DNA of 64,000 nucleotides. Origin: Octopus sinensis (taxonomy: Eukaryota). Below, one piece after another: positions 40,197 through 53,312 of this stretch (the first letter of the stretch is position 1; each line of letters starts with the position of its first letter). The position numbers and the translations under genes are program-made. The notes below the pieces were generated by a model, which was given only the letters and a program-made list of their open reading frames with translations, was not told the DNA's origin and ran no database searches. The DNA lies in NCBI RefSeq assembly GCF_006345805.1, contig NC_043001.1:46686001-46750000 (forward strand), read 5' to 3'.

Positions 40197-41590
40197 ATAT
40201 ATATATAAAATACACACATATTCATCATATTGTATTTGTATGCATATAATATACATGTATTACATGCAGTATATGTATATGCTTATACATGCGTGTGTAA
40301 GTATATAGGTATGTATGTATATATGTATATATGCGTGTGTATGTGTTTGTGTCTATATACACCTATGCATTTTATACAACAGATTTGTAAATGACGTCTC
40401 CTAGCACTAATTGCAAGAAAACAACAGCTTATATGATGCAGTGTTGAAGAAATTATCCTTTTAATAGTTCACTACGAACGAACGGTTCATTCTTGCACTG
40501 ACCAAGGACAAAATCGCCATTAAACACCAAACAAACATTAAACTTCATGAAAAGTTAGTTGAAAACCTTTTCGCCCTTGTCCGCGGGAGCAGAATAGGCC
40601 TCCCTACATGCGTTACCACCTGAAGAATGGAATATACGAAGAACTTCTTTCTTCCTCTTTTTTTTTTTTGTTTTTTTTTTCATATTTTTTACTTGTTTCA
40701 GTCATTTCACTACGACCATGCAAGGGCAGCGAGTTGAAGGGTTTTAGTGGAAGAAATCGCCCCCAGAGAAATTGTTTTCTTCTTTTTTTTTTAAGCAAGT
40801 ACTTATTCAATCAGTCTCTTCTTTTGCCGAACCGCTAAGTGACCGGGATGTAAACACTCCACACTGGTTGTAAAGCGGTAATGGAGAACAAACACAGACA
40901 GACCCACCACAACGACACCACCGTACCACACAACCACACGATGAACTTCTTTCCATTTCTGTCTGCCAAAATCCACTCACGCTTGGGTCGGCCCGAGGCT
41001 ATAACTAGAAAATACTTACCCAAGGTGCCATGCAGTGAACTGAACCCCAATCAGGAAGCAAGCTTCTTAGACCACACGGCCACGCCTGCGCTTGCAGACA
41101 TTGCTGCTATGGAACCGAATATTCTAATTCTTCAGCTCGTATTTATAATAAATTTTAAGTGGACTTCTCCTCAAATTAGTTTTGGTCAAATTTCTTCTGA
41201 GAGCTCTGTATACATGTATACGTATACACATGAATGTCATTTTTATAGCACATATGTATACACGCATGGCGGCGAGTTGGCAGAAACGTTACCACGCCGG
41301 GCGAAATGCGTTGCCGTATTTCGTCTGCCGTTACGTTCTGAGTTCAAATTCCGCCGAGATCGACTTTGCCTTTCATCTTTTCGGGGTCAATAAATTAAGT
41401 ACCAGTTGCATACTGGGATCAATCTAATCGACTGGCCCTCCTTCCCAAATTTCGGGCCCTGTGCCTAGAGTAGAAAAAACATGTATACACACACACACAC
41501 ACATATATATATGAAATACATATATATCTACAGATATATTTATACACATCTATGTATATATATATGTATCAATGTAAATATATATAATAC

Positions 41591-41650
<60 letters not shown>

Positions 41651-42935
41651 TATATAAAATACACACATATTCATATATATGTATTTGTATGCATATAATA
41701 TACATGTATATACATGCAGTAATGTATATGCTTATACATGCGTGTGTAAGTATATAGGTATGTATGTATATATGTATTATGCGTGTGTATGTGTTTGTGT
41801 CTATATACACCTATGCATTTTATACAAAAGATTTGTAAATGACGTCTCCTAGCACTAATTGCAAGAAAACACAGCTTATATGATGCAGTGTTGAAGAAAT
41901 TATCCTTTTAATAGTTCACTACGAACGAACGGTTCATTCTTGCACTGACCAAGGACAAAATCGCCATTAAACACCAAACAAACAATTAAACTTCATGAAA
42001 AAGTTCGTTGAAAACCTTTCGCCCTTGTCCGGGAGCAGAATAGGCCTCCCTACATGCGTTACCACTGAAGAATGGAATATACGAAGAACTTCTTTCTTCC
42101 TCTTGTTTTTTTTTGTTTTTTTTTTTCTATTTTTACTTGTTTCAGAGTTTTCACTACGACCATGCAAGGGCAGCGAGTTGAAGGGTTTTAGTGGAAGAAA
42201 TCGCCCCCAGAAATTGTTTTCTTTTTTTTTTAAGCCAAGTACTTATTCAATCAGTCTCTTCTTTTGCCGAACCGCTAAGTGACCGGGATGTAAACACTCC
42301 AACACTGGTTGTAAAGCGGTAATGGAGAACAAACACAGACAGACCCACACACAAAGACACACACGTACACACAAACACACGATGAACTTCTTTCCATTTC
42401 TGTCTGCCAAAATCCACTCACGCTTTGGTCGGCCCGAGGCTATACTAGAAAATACTTACCCAAGGTGCCATGCAGTGAAACTGAACCCCAAATCAGGAAG
42501 CAAGCTTCTTACCACACGGCCACGCCTGCGCTTGCAGACATTGCTGCTATGGAAACCGAATATTCTAATTCTTCAGCTCGTATTATAATATAAATTTTAA
42601 GTGGACTTCTCAAATTAGTTTTGGTCAAATTTCTTCCGAGGAGCTCTGTATACATGTATACGTATACACATGAATGTCATTTTTATAGCACATATGTATA
42701 CACGCATGCGGCGAGTTGGCAGAAAACGTACCACGCCGGGCGAAATGCGTTGCCGTATTTCGTCTGCCGTTACGTTCTGAGTTCAAATTCCGCCGAGATC
42801 GACTTTGCCTTTCATCTTTTCGGGGTCAATAAATTAAGTACCAGTTGCATACTGGGATCAATCTAATCGACTGGCCCTCCTTCCCAAAATTTCGGGCCCT
42901 GTGCCTAGAGTAGAAAAAAAAACATGTATACACAC
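40047..42935 (+). repeat. Tandem direct duplication, unit about 1.44 kb (each unit holds a minus-strand SINE A and a plus-strand SINE B)
   Basis: AAATGACGTCTCCTAGCACTAA at about 40389 and 41837. GTGCCTAGAGTAG at 41461 and 42901. Confidence 0.95.
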
Positions 42936-43149
42936 ACACGCAAGCATGCATACACACATTCTCAGACAGGCGCAGGAGACACCTTGGGGCAAGAGAGAAT
43001 GTCACTAAATCACTGAAAATGTCGCGGACAGCGACGGAAGAACATTAACTAACAAACAACGAATTGATTGATGAAACCAGCACATTAAACAAACGCTCGA
43101 TTATTCAGTTGGTTAGATACTTAACCGATTGACTAATAATAAAGGACTG

Positions 43150-43732
43150 AAATTGACCTGTGCTTGTGTTATTACTGGACGGAATAAGATTGAAGCTATC
43201 AACACCTGGGCAGTTTCACTCCTTAGATATGGAGCAGGGGTAATCGCATGAACAGTAGACGAACTAAGCAACTTAAACAGAAAAACAAGGAAGTTGCCAA
43301 CTAGATATGGGACTGACACTGACAGACTATGTGTACCAAGAAAAATAGGAGAAAGAGGACTTATTGGATGCGAACACATCATTAGAGCAGAAGAAAACAA
43401 CATAGCATGGTATGTAAAAATGCCACAGAACCGCTATTATTAGAAGGTCCGGCTTGTGTAGGATGGAAGATTGCAAAGTTGAAGCACTGTACAATCAATT
43501 GGAAACGAATGAAACTGAAAATAGGTGGGTAAAGAAAAGAATGCATGGACAATTTCATAGGGATGTTGAAGATAAGACTGACAGAGAAAAAAGATGGCTG
43601 TGGACGACTAAAACAAATTTAAAACCGGAAACGGAGGCTCTAATCTGTGCTGCCCAAGAGCAAGCACTAAGAACAAACTACATAAAATACAGAATAGACA
43701 ATACAGCAGAAAGTGATGAGTGCAGAATCTAA
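43150..43732 (+). pseudogene. R4/Dong-like LINE ORF fragment
   Basis: NKIEAINTWAVSLLRYGAG..NRKTRK..TDRLCVPRKIGERGL..WVKKRMHGQF..LKPETEALICAAQEQALRTNY..CRI. Confidence 0.85.
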
Positions 43733-43748
43733 TAAGCTTCCCGTATGA

Positions 43749-43813
<65 letters not shown>

Positions 43814-43829
43814 TGTGTGTGTGTGTGTA

Positions 43830-44650
43830 TAGCTTTCTATCTGTCTCTCTCCCCCTCTCTCTCGTTGCTCGCACGTGACCATCTTCAATCTTTCTTTTCC
43901 TCACGTGACCTTCTTTCTTTTCGTACACGACGTTCTAAGGACTGGACGTCTTCTATATCCCTCTCTTCTACCTTTTCTCTTTCCCAAGAAAATATTTCTC
44001 CAGCGTTCGCTATTTTAACTTTCTTTCTGGTCTAACGACCCTCTCTTTCTTTAACTCCCACTATTTCACACTCGTTTATCTCCCCTGTACCTTTCTCTTT
44101 GTCTCTGATTTTTTCCTAATCTTTCAGTCTCGCTGCTTCTTACCCATCTCTCCTCCTTCCACGTGACCGGTGTCCAGCCAGCCATGATCTTTCTTTCTTG
44201 GCCTGACTGACGATCGCTATCACCTCTTATGTCCATCTCCAATGTTCTTGCATTTAGGCTTTCAGTTCATACACGCCAGCTCAATTGGATTCGTTCTCAG
44301 TCGAAAAACACCTGTTGTTATTTTCTTGTTGTTTGTATTCATAATTGTGTTCCATGTTTCCTGTTTTTTGTCTTTTTGTGTATCATGTTCTCCGTTTTAT
44401 ATCTTTATTGCCGTACACATTCGCTAGCTTTCTTACAAAGGGGTCTAATGCTCTTAGATTAAACTTGGGAGGGGGGGGGCAACCAGATCGAACCGTCTCA
44501 AGTGTAACTGCCCGAAACGATCGTGACTTCTGGTACTTGACTGAGGAAAGAAGGCTACGAATGACTCGTCTTTTTTGCCTGTCTTTCTAATTGTTGTTTC
44601 TCTTATCCGTCTTAGTATCGTCTATCTGTCCGAATGTGTTATTGCTTTCT
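43830..44650 (+). mobile_element. Family E repeat (pyrimidine-rich, CACGTG-containing; LTR-like or Penelope-like, unclassified)
   Basis: 43860-44030 is the reverse complement of segments at 49840-50010 and 51640-51830. Confidence 0.6.
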
Positions 44651-44692
44651 ATTGCGTAAGAATGGCTGTGTGGTAAGTAGTTTGCTTACCAA

Positions 44693-46334
44693 GTGGCTTG
44701 CTACCTCATTGCGCATGTGCGAATTAGAGTTGTGTTTGACATCGAAGCTGTAAGACGTGCTTTTGAAGCCGTCTTAAATTGAAGACTTTTGAAACTCAAC
44801 TGTAAAGTAAGACTTTTTTCTGTCTAGTGGGCACCTGTTGTTTTCAGCAATTATTTTTTCCAAACAAGAAGTCCTCAGTGGATTCTAGTCTACCTGAGGC
44901 TGGGTGAAAATTTTTTTTCACTTAATTGTGAAAATTTTGGTGGGCGTATCCTGCCGCAAAATTTTGTTTGAAAATAGTTTGTCAGTTTTTGAAAATAGGT
45001 TGTCGGAATATTGTTGGAATTTTTCTAAAAACGGCAATCGAAAGAGAGGTGGCAGAATTTAAGCCAGCGATTAAGTATATTACTCGGAGCAGTAGCGATT
45101 AAGTTTATTACTGAGTGGCAGTAGCACCAAGCTCCTCAACATAAATATTCTGCCTGCGCCTGACTGGGAGGGGTCAAAAGCTGTTTTGACTCTATGGACT
45201 CAGTCATCTGAAAGTCTGATATTTCCAGACTTTTTGAGAATAGCTGGGTCTAGGTATCCGGTGATGCTTGGGGAAGCCCCCACCTCCAAGTGTCATCGAT
45301 GCTTGAAGCCTGGCTATATAAAAAAGAAATGTTTTCAAGGACAAAGCAAAGTCCTGGAGCGGTTGATGGAAACCTCTGTAGAGGAGGGAATGAAGGCGGT
45401 CGAGGAGACGGAACACTCCTCAAAGAAGAACCGCAAAAGGAAGAAGGTGAGCAATAATGGGTGCTCACCGAAGGATCCTGGGGATGAGGGAGGGGAGGCG
45501 AATTTCCAGGTCACGTTGGAGACGCACCCTCCCCCAGTCGAGAAGAAAAAAGAGGAAGAGGAGGAGAAACGGGACATTGCAGACAAGGCGCCGGAGTGTC
45601 ACGGAGCCTCGTCGGTTGTGCCACCGGAGGTGGGGGAGACACCATTGGCGCGAATTTTGCCGCCAACGGTAAAATTGACTCCCTCGGACCCGGAGGACGA
45701 AGAACTGTTGATTTACTTTTATAGAGGCGGAGAGGTGGAAAAGGTAGTGAAAGAACACTACCAGAGAGTACCTTTGGCCTTCATACGGGATCCCGAATGG
45801 TCTCCGCAGATAGCTGTGGAGGTCATAACGTTGCACGTGTTTCAAAGTCTGGAGTGACTAAAAGAGGAATATCGCATGTGGCCGGGTGACGCCAAGTCGG
45901 AGCATGCCTTGATTTTAAAGCAAGCATGGGATATGGTGGAGTACACGGACACAAGCGATGATGAGGTGGAAAATTGACAAGAGGTTGAAAAGCCTCAGTG
46001 TTATAATGCGTAAGAGGATCAGCACCTCATTTGTAAATGGACTAGTGTTGATTGTATATGGAATATTTTATTGTATGCTATTGCATGTTATTATTTGTAA
46101 TGGACTATTAAGTCCAATAATTGTAAAAACTGTTGTGAGAGGTTCAATACCTCGCTTTGTTTATTATGTTGGGGGAAAAAAAAGAACAATGTTTTAGAGA
46201 AGCAGAAAATCGGCGGGCGCTTTTTGTCTTCTCCCATCAATATCATCCTTGTTTCATCATTCACCTCATCAATGTATATGTCCAACCCGCAAGCTACTCT
46301 TTGTAATGATTTTATGGCAAACCTTAATGAAATA
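44693..46334 (+). mobile_element. ORF1-only L1/Tx1-like retroelement (HAL1-like) inserted into a SINE A head
   Basis: 18-bp TSD AAGTAGTTTGCTTACCAA (44675-44692) and AAGTAGCTTGCTTACGAA (46335-46352). AATAAA at the 3' end. The SINE A head starts at 44654 and resumes at 46335. Confidence 0.7.
45186..45977 (+). pseudogene. ORF1/gag-like zinc-knuckle protein (L1/Tx1-type), with an in-frame stop at 45855-45857
   Basis: FPDFLRIAGSRYPVML..CHRCLKPGYIKKKC (CX2CX4[H>Y]X4C), a basic patch and an acidic/proline-rich tail. The frame continues past the stop to ..DTSDDEVEN*. Confidence 0.65.
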
Positions 46335-46638
46335 AAGTAGCTTGCTTACGAACTACATGGTTCCGGGTTCAGTCCCACTGCGTGGCACCTTGGGGAAGTG
46401 TCTTCTACCATATATATTATGTGTGTGTGTATGTGTGTGTATCTGTGTTTGTACCTGCAACATCGCTTGAAAATGCTGTTGTTGGTGTGTTTACCTCCCC
46501 GTAACTTAGCGGTTCGGCAAAAGAGGGCGATAGAATAAGTACTAGTCTTACAACGAATAAGTCCTGCGGTCGATGTATTCGACTAAATGTGGTGCTCCAG
46601 CATGGCTGCAGTCAAATGACTGAAACAAATAAAAGAAT
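46335..46638 (+). mobile_element. Remainder of the interrupted SINE family A copy
   Basis: CATGGTTCCGGGTTCAGTCCCACTGCGTGGCACCTTGG through tail GACTGAAACAAATAAAAG. Confidence 0.85.
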
Positions 46639-46671
46639 AGTGTATGTGTGTGTGCGTGTGTGACTGTGTGT

Positions 46672-46832
46672 GTGTGTGTGTATCTGATTCTATGAGGTTC
46701 GAGACAGTGCAATACTCACATAATATATTATATATATATATATACATATACATACATACATACATACATATATATGATATATTATGTGAATATTGCACTG
46801 TCTCGATCCTAATAGAGTCAGATACACACACA
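46672..46832. repeat. Fold-back inverted repeat (arms about 56 bp) around a TA/TACA spacer
   Basis: GTATCTGATTCTATGAGGTTCGAGACAGTGCAATACTCACATAAT pairs with ATTATGTGAATATTGCACTGTCTCGATCCTAATAGAGTCAGATAC. Confidence 0.9.
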
Positions 46833-46857
46833 CTGTCTGTATATCTATCCATCTATT

Positions 46858-46922
<65 letters not shown>

Positions 46923-47335
46923 GTTTACGTAAACGTACGCATTAACACATAGGTGTGTGTATGTCTTTGTGTGTGCGTTCATGTGGCTGCATTTGACTGC
47001 CTGTTGTATGGAGACCATATCAATTAAGCCTTATTTATATCAAATCGTATTAAGGGGTACGTACGCAGAGTAAACGCTGCGTGTGGTCAAAGACCTTCAT
47101 CTGATGAACCCTGTGAAATTTATGACGACAGGACTTGTTCGTGCTCACCGTTATCCCACAGACTCTAACCTGACATCATAAAGTCGTAAAACAGCGTGTC
47201 ACTGACAACCGACACACCCACACCAATCTTCTTGTTACAGTGTCAAGTTGTTATATTTGTGTGGGTACGTGCATGTGCGTGTGTGTAAGAGAGAGAGTGT
47301 GTTCGTTTGTGTGTGTATATGTACGTTTGTGTATG

Positions 47336-47389
<54 letters not shown>

Positions 47390-47741
47390 GTGTGTGTGTG
47401 TGTGTGTATGTATGTATACCCACACACATATATGTGTATATATGTATATTATGCGTGTATATATGTATATATACACATATACATACATATATATATTACA
47501 TATGTATGCATGTATGTATATATATTTGTGTGTATATATATACACACACACATACACATACATGCACGCACATACACTAACATTGACACATGCACGCAAG
47601 CAATAAAAATGCTTAATACATATATATTAATGCTTAATGTTGTACATTTACAAAAACAATTTTGCGATAAAAAAAAAAGGAACTGTATCTTTTTTCTCTC
47701 TCCCTTGTATTTGTCAAAATACATACATACATACATATGAA

Positions 47742-49157
47742 TGAAAAAAATATCTTATAATGGCACCTGTAACAAAACACGTGTGACTAAAGAACATTAC
47801 AGCCGAATAAAGAAAATCTGGACCGCAGAACTCTCAACATTCAATAAAACAGTGGTCCCCAATGTGTTTGCAGTGCCAGTACTCATACCAACATTTGGGC
47901 TGCTTGATTGGACGCTTGACGAGATCCGAGCCATTGATGTGAAAACCCGAAAAATACTAACAAGCATACATAATTTCCACATAAATAGACCGCCACTGCA
48001 TAAAACGAAAACAAGGTGGCAGAGGCTTAACATCCATCCAAAATCCCTTTGAATATCGCAGCATCTTTCGGCAGCATCTTTCAAACACCAAATGTCGAAG
48101 TGCAGCCCTTGACCAAGTTTGCATACATGAGGCTGATAACATCATAAGACTTGGAAGGCAGCTCCTTTAGCAGCATTCCTTGTTTGATAAACTTAAATAC
48201 ATGTTCAAAGAAGTGGCACAACTCTACCGCAGCGTATCATCTGATGAAAGGATGAGCCTATATCAGCAGAATCCTATGCACGGATATGTTAGTAGAAAGC
48301 TCCGAGGTTATTGTAACATCGATATCAAAGCAGACTATCATGGGCCAGTAGCCTGATTACTACCTTCCATTTTGAAGGGTATGCGTTTGCAATCCAGCAT
48401 CAGGAAATATCAAGGGATAGAGATGCAGGAAAAGCAGTAAAATGTGACAACTGATAACACTGAAGATATCACCCACATCGTAAGCAGTTGTCCGAAAATG
48501 ACATGATATTGTAGCTAGCGCACTCTATAATGAAATCCGTCGGAAGGATAACCCCGAGAACAAAGAAATAAGAACCCACAATATTGTAGAAGCCATAGCC
48601 ACTCATGATAAAAAGGAATACTGGTGAAATGTCCCAGTGGAAACCTCAATAAAGTGTGAGCACAACACACCTGATATAATGATTTGGGATAGAGAAAAGA
48701 AACTGTGTACAGTTGTGGAAATTAGCTGCCCAGCAGATGTTAACATAAAGCTGAAGATCAGTGAAAAAGAGAATATGTACGCTGAACTATTGAGAAATCT
48801 GCAATTACTCTGTCCAGATTACAAGTTCAGGTTTATACCTGTAATTTGGGGGATCCTGGGATATGTAACACACTGCCTAAATACCAATTTTGTGACATTA
48901 GACTTCACAAAACGAAAAAGGAGAAAGTTGATTCGAAGACTACAGATCCAATCCATCACTGGGATTGTAAATATCTGTAAAACTTTCCAGAAGCTTCTCA
49001 TTTAGATATATATGATCATGTCTAGATATACATATACATACATAGAAACAAAAATACCCTGTTGTTGATGCTGAAATTCCAACGCAGGATCCTTGGATCT
49101 AGGTTAGAAACCGGCTCTTTCTCTATTGGTAAGAAATCTTGAAATAAAACTGAATGA
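47742..49157 (+). pseudogene. 5'-truncated R4/Dong-like LINE (same family as 21787-23200) in (TACA)n
   Basis: ORFs 47741-48052 and 48637-49005 (HNTPDIMIWD..VVEISCP..K..EK..Y..IPVI.G.LG, the REL nuclease). The 3'UTR ends AATAAAACTGAATGA followed by CATA repeats. Confidence 0.88.
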
Positions 49158-49659
49158 CATACATATATACACACATACATACATGCATACGTGCATACAC
49201 ATACACATGCATATATACATGTGTGTATGCGTGTGTGTTCGTGTGTTTCTAGATATTTAAAAGAATGTTTGTGCTTGTAAAATTTTAAGTATCCAGAAAA
49301 TCGGTTGTCGAATATGTCCAAATATGTATGGCAACTGAGAGAATCTGGCTCAGCTCCTTTTCCAAATCTAAAGGTCAATTTAAAAAGAAGAAAAAAAAGC
49401 AAGCCTTTGCAAAGATTCTACCGTCATTCCATTAAATCTTCCTCAACCTTTTAAAAATAAACCGGCTTTAACCCCAAAATCTGAATTGCTGAAGATTTCA
49501 AACATTCTTCAAAATCTTTTGATTTCGAGGCTTCTTCTACTATTTCTTTGTAGTCTAAATTCCTACAGCTGTTATCATAATTTTGAATTTGTTGGATGCA
49601 TTCTTTTGTTCTGTTTTCGATATATTAATTGCTTCTAAACGTGCATTTGGTCCTTATAT

Positions 49660-50100
49660 GATCTTGTTATGCCGTTTAAAACTCTATCTACTCTTCATTT
49701 CGAGCATTGAACGACAATATGAGTCTTTGAAGATAGATGCTGCCATAAGTACCAAAACAAAACTTGGGATTTATGGACGGTCAAAGTTGGGAGCAAAAAT
49801 AGACAGTGGAGACATACATGGAAACCGAACGAAAACATACAGACCAGAACGAGGGTAAAATAGCAAACATTGGAGAAATATTTTCTTTGACAAGAGAGAA
49901 GATGGAAGAGAGAGATAGGATACATCCAGTCGTTAGGACAGTCCTGAAAGAAAAGATAATCATGTGAGGAAAAGAAAGATGGACGATGATCACGTGTGAG
50001 CAACGAGAGAGAGAAAAAGAGAAAAAGGGGAGAGAGACAGATAGAAAACAGTGAAGAGGAGAAAAGGGAATTAGAGAAAAGAATGTGAGAGGAAACGGTG
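49660..50100 (-). mobile_element. Family E repeat
   Basis: Colinear with 51490-51840 (CATTTCGAGCATT..GATCACGTGTGAGCAACGAGAG). Confidence 0.65.
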
Positions 50101-50335
50101 GGGAATAAAGCAGTATAGAGTAGAATCGCAGAATCACATCAAAAAGATTAAAATAAACTTACTTGCAGAATCTAATAAGCTTCCCATATGATATATGTGT
50201 ATATCACGAGATCACGTGACCGACCAGACCATCAGATGTTGTTACCATCAGATGACGCCACTCCGCTGGCTAAGCGAGCAGGCCAACAGAAGAAAGTTAG
50301 TTTGGGTATGAAATATAAAATAGGTCTATCTTACA

Positions 50336-50605
50336 CAGAGTACAAACGACAGAGAAAATTAAAGGGTGGAAGAGAGGTGTTATAAATTCAATAGCTGTTA
50401 CTGGGGGCTCGGCGATCCATAATAATGTTAGTAAATTTAGTTCATCTCAATATGAGGCTGTATCGATGCAATTAACATTGGATAAGACGTGCTTCCGTCA
50501 TTTGAGTAGAGACCTTACATTTCAAATCCTAATGCAGAGAAGTTCAAACATGGACTTATAACATTTTTCTTCTACCCCTTTAATTTTCTTTGTCGTTTGT
50601 ACTCT
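50336..50605. repeat. Inverted repeat, arms about 50 bp with a spacer of about 170 bp
   Basis: AGAGTACAAACGACAGAGAAAATTAAAGGG pairs with CCCTTTAATTTTCTTTGTCGTTTGTACTCT. Confidence 0.8.
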
Positions 50606-50624
50606 CTGAAAGTTGAACAAAAAT

Positions 50625-50835
50625 ATCTCTTTTACTCTTTTACTTCTTTCAGTCATTTTGACTGCGGCCATGCTGGAGCACCGCCTTTAGTTGAACAAAT
50701 CGACCACTGGGCTTATTCTTTGTAAGCCTAGTACTTATTCTCGGTATCTTTTGCCGAACCGCTATGTTAGGGGACGTAAACACACCAACATCAGTTGTCA
50801 AGCGATGGTGGAGGGACAAACACAGACACACAAAT

Positions 50836-50888
<53 letters not shown>

Positions 50889-51042
50889 CACGACAGGCTT
50901 CATTCAGTTTCCGTCTACCAAATCCACTCACAAGGCTTTGGTCGGCCCGAGGCTATAGTAGAAGACACTTGCCCAAGGTGTCACGCAGTGACACTGAACC
51001 CGGAAACCTTGTGGTTCAAAAGCAAGCTTCTTACCACACAGC
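50625..51042 (-). mobile_element. SINE family A, near full length
   Basis: Reverse complement of the family A consensus. Confidence 0.9.
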
Positions 51043-51337
51043 TATTTATACTTAAAATTTCATCATTTGAAAGTCTCCACTTTTTGCTTTCTCTCGTTTT
51101 GCATACTTATATACATATTTCGTACTTCATACCCAAACTAATATATTTGCTATATTTGATGTGTCTAATTTGTTTATCCGCATAATTGCTTGTATACACG
51201 CTCACCTTGATCCCTGTTACAGCCTTTCTTTACCTTGTGGAATCATGCCCTGTAAAGACACCGGAGACTAAGTTTGAATCTTTTGAGCACTACTAAGTGT
51301 CTTCTATACGGAGAATCTCTGGATCTCATCTGTGAAC

Positions 51338-51399
<62 letters not shown>

Positions 51400-51409
<10 letters not shown>

Positions 51410-51840
51410 AAATAAATGAGTTCAATACGCAAACAACGAGAGAAACAAATAGAAAACAGGACAAGTAACACAAAGAACGACCCTTCATCAGTTGTCAACT
51501 GTCTATCTACTCCTCATTTCGAGCATTCAACGACAATATGACTCTTCGGAGACAGTTGCTGTCATATGGAGAGTCGAAGTCGGGAACAAAAACAGGACAG
51601 TGGAGACATACAAGGAAACCGAACATAAACAAACATGGAGGGTCGTTAGGCCAGAACGAGAGGAAAGTAGAGAACGCTGGAAGAAATATTTTCTGTGAAA
51701 AGAGAAAAGATAGAAGAGAGAGATAGAAAACGTCCAGTTCTTAGAACGTCATGTAGGAAACGAAAAATGGTCACGTGAGGAAAAGAAAGAAGGACGATGA
51801 TCACGTGTGAGCAACGAGAGAAAAAAGAGAAAGAGGGACA
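51400..51840 (-). mobile_element. Family E repeat
   Basis: Homologous to 49660-50100 and, inverted, to 43830-44030. Confidence 0.65.
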
Positions 51841-52112
51841 CACACACACATACATACATATATATATATATATGCTCGACAAGCTTTCACAAAGTTCCCT
51901 TCTACAAAATTCGTTCACAAGACATTGGTCAGCTTGGTGTTATAGCAGTGTAGTACAAGACACTTGTCGAAGGTGCTAGCAAAGCAATAGTACTAAATAG
52001 TACTAGACCTGAAGCAATCTGATTACAAAGCGAAATCCTTAACCACACAGCCATGCATGTGTCTTTCTTTCTTTCTTTCTTTCTTTCTTTATTTATTTAT
52101 TTATTTATCTTT

Positions 52113-52143
<31 letters not shown>

Positions 52144-52652
52144 TGTATTTATTTATTGATCTGAGATCTCTATTGCAGAAGACGACGGTTTTTTGAAGTT
52201 ATCTTCTTACTGACTATTGGGATTCGTGAAAGAGTTAAAGGTAATTGTTTGAGGCGGTGTAAGGTGGTGTGGGGGCAGTGTAAGGTGGTTTAAGGCGGTG
52301 TGGGGTTAGCTTACTATTAGCTACAAGTTGGTAACAAGTGCCCCGTTATACAGACAAAACAGGCGTTATCTTACCTCCTGATCAGAACAGGCTTGTTTTA
52401 TGGACATCTTTTTTAATTAACTTGAACCTTGTGTAAAATAACAAATCAGTACGACTACGATTATTGTTATTATAAGTGTTATTGTTGTTGTTATTGTTGT
52501 TGTTATTGCGATGATGAGCGTGGTGAGATCGGTGGTGAGGCTGGCGGGTTTAATGGTGGTGCTGGTGGTGGAATTGAGAGACGACTACCAGCTGGTTTAT
52601 AACGGGGAGTCTAGTGCGGTGACTACCGCTACTGTTGCTGCTGCTGCTACCG

Positions 52653-52702
<50 letters not shown>

Positions 52703-52704
52703 GA

Positions 52705-52738
<34 letters not shown>

Positions 52739-52861
52739 GTAACAAAAATAAGAACAATAAGTTATGGAAATCAACAACCGTAACGTTAAGGGGCACATAC
52801 ATTTCCATAAACGCACATATACATACAAGCATACATGCATACTCACGCACATACACATGCA

Positions 52862-52892
<31 letters not shown>

Positions 52893-52934
52893 CACACGCG
52901 CACACACACACACACCACACACGGCGCATATAGT

Positions 52935-53150
52935 CTTTTATCTTTTACTTGTTTTAGTTATTGGACTGCGGCCATCCTGGGGCACCGCCTTGAAGGGTTT
53001 AGTCGAACCAATCGACCCCAGTACTTTTTGTTTTTTTTGCTTAAAGCCTGGTACTTATTCTGTTGGTCTCAACTGTCGAATCGTTAACGAGGACGTAAGC
53101 AAACCAACACCGGTTGTCATGCGGTGTTGGAGGAGAAACACAAAAACACA
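52935..53150 (-). mobile_element. SINE family A 3' half
   Basis: TTTTACTTGTT..GACTGCGGCCAT..GCACCGCCTT..ATCGACCCCAG. Confidence 0.75.
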
Positions 53151-53312
53151 CGTACGCACTCACACACGCACATACGTACGTATGTTTGTACGTATGTATG
53201 TGTGTGTGTGCGTGTGTACGTACATCAGACTGTGAGTGTTACACCCTAACCACGATGCCCCGAACCTTCACATTATTATTGTTATTATTGTTATTATTAT
53301 TATTATTATTAT

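Noticed and set aside
49250-49400. Penelope GIY-YIG remnant (HTYLDI..KFYKHKHSF on the minus strand)
   Set aside because: The similarity is suggestive but too short and degenerate to call without a search.
51470-51530. Type II hammerhead on the minus strand (GAAA...CTGATGA)
   Set aside because: Stems I and III do not pair convincingly. The same applies to GAAAC..CTGAGGA at 44514-44547.
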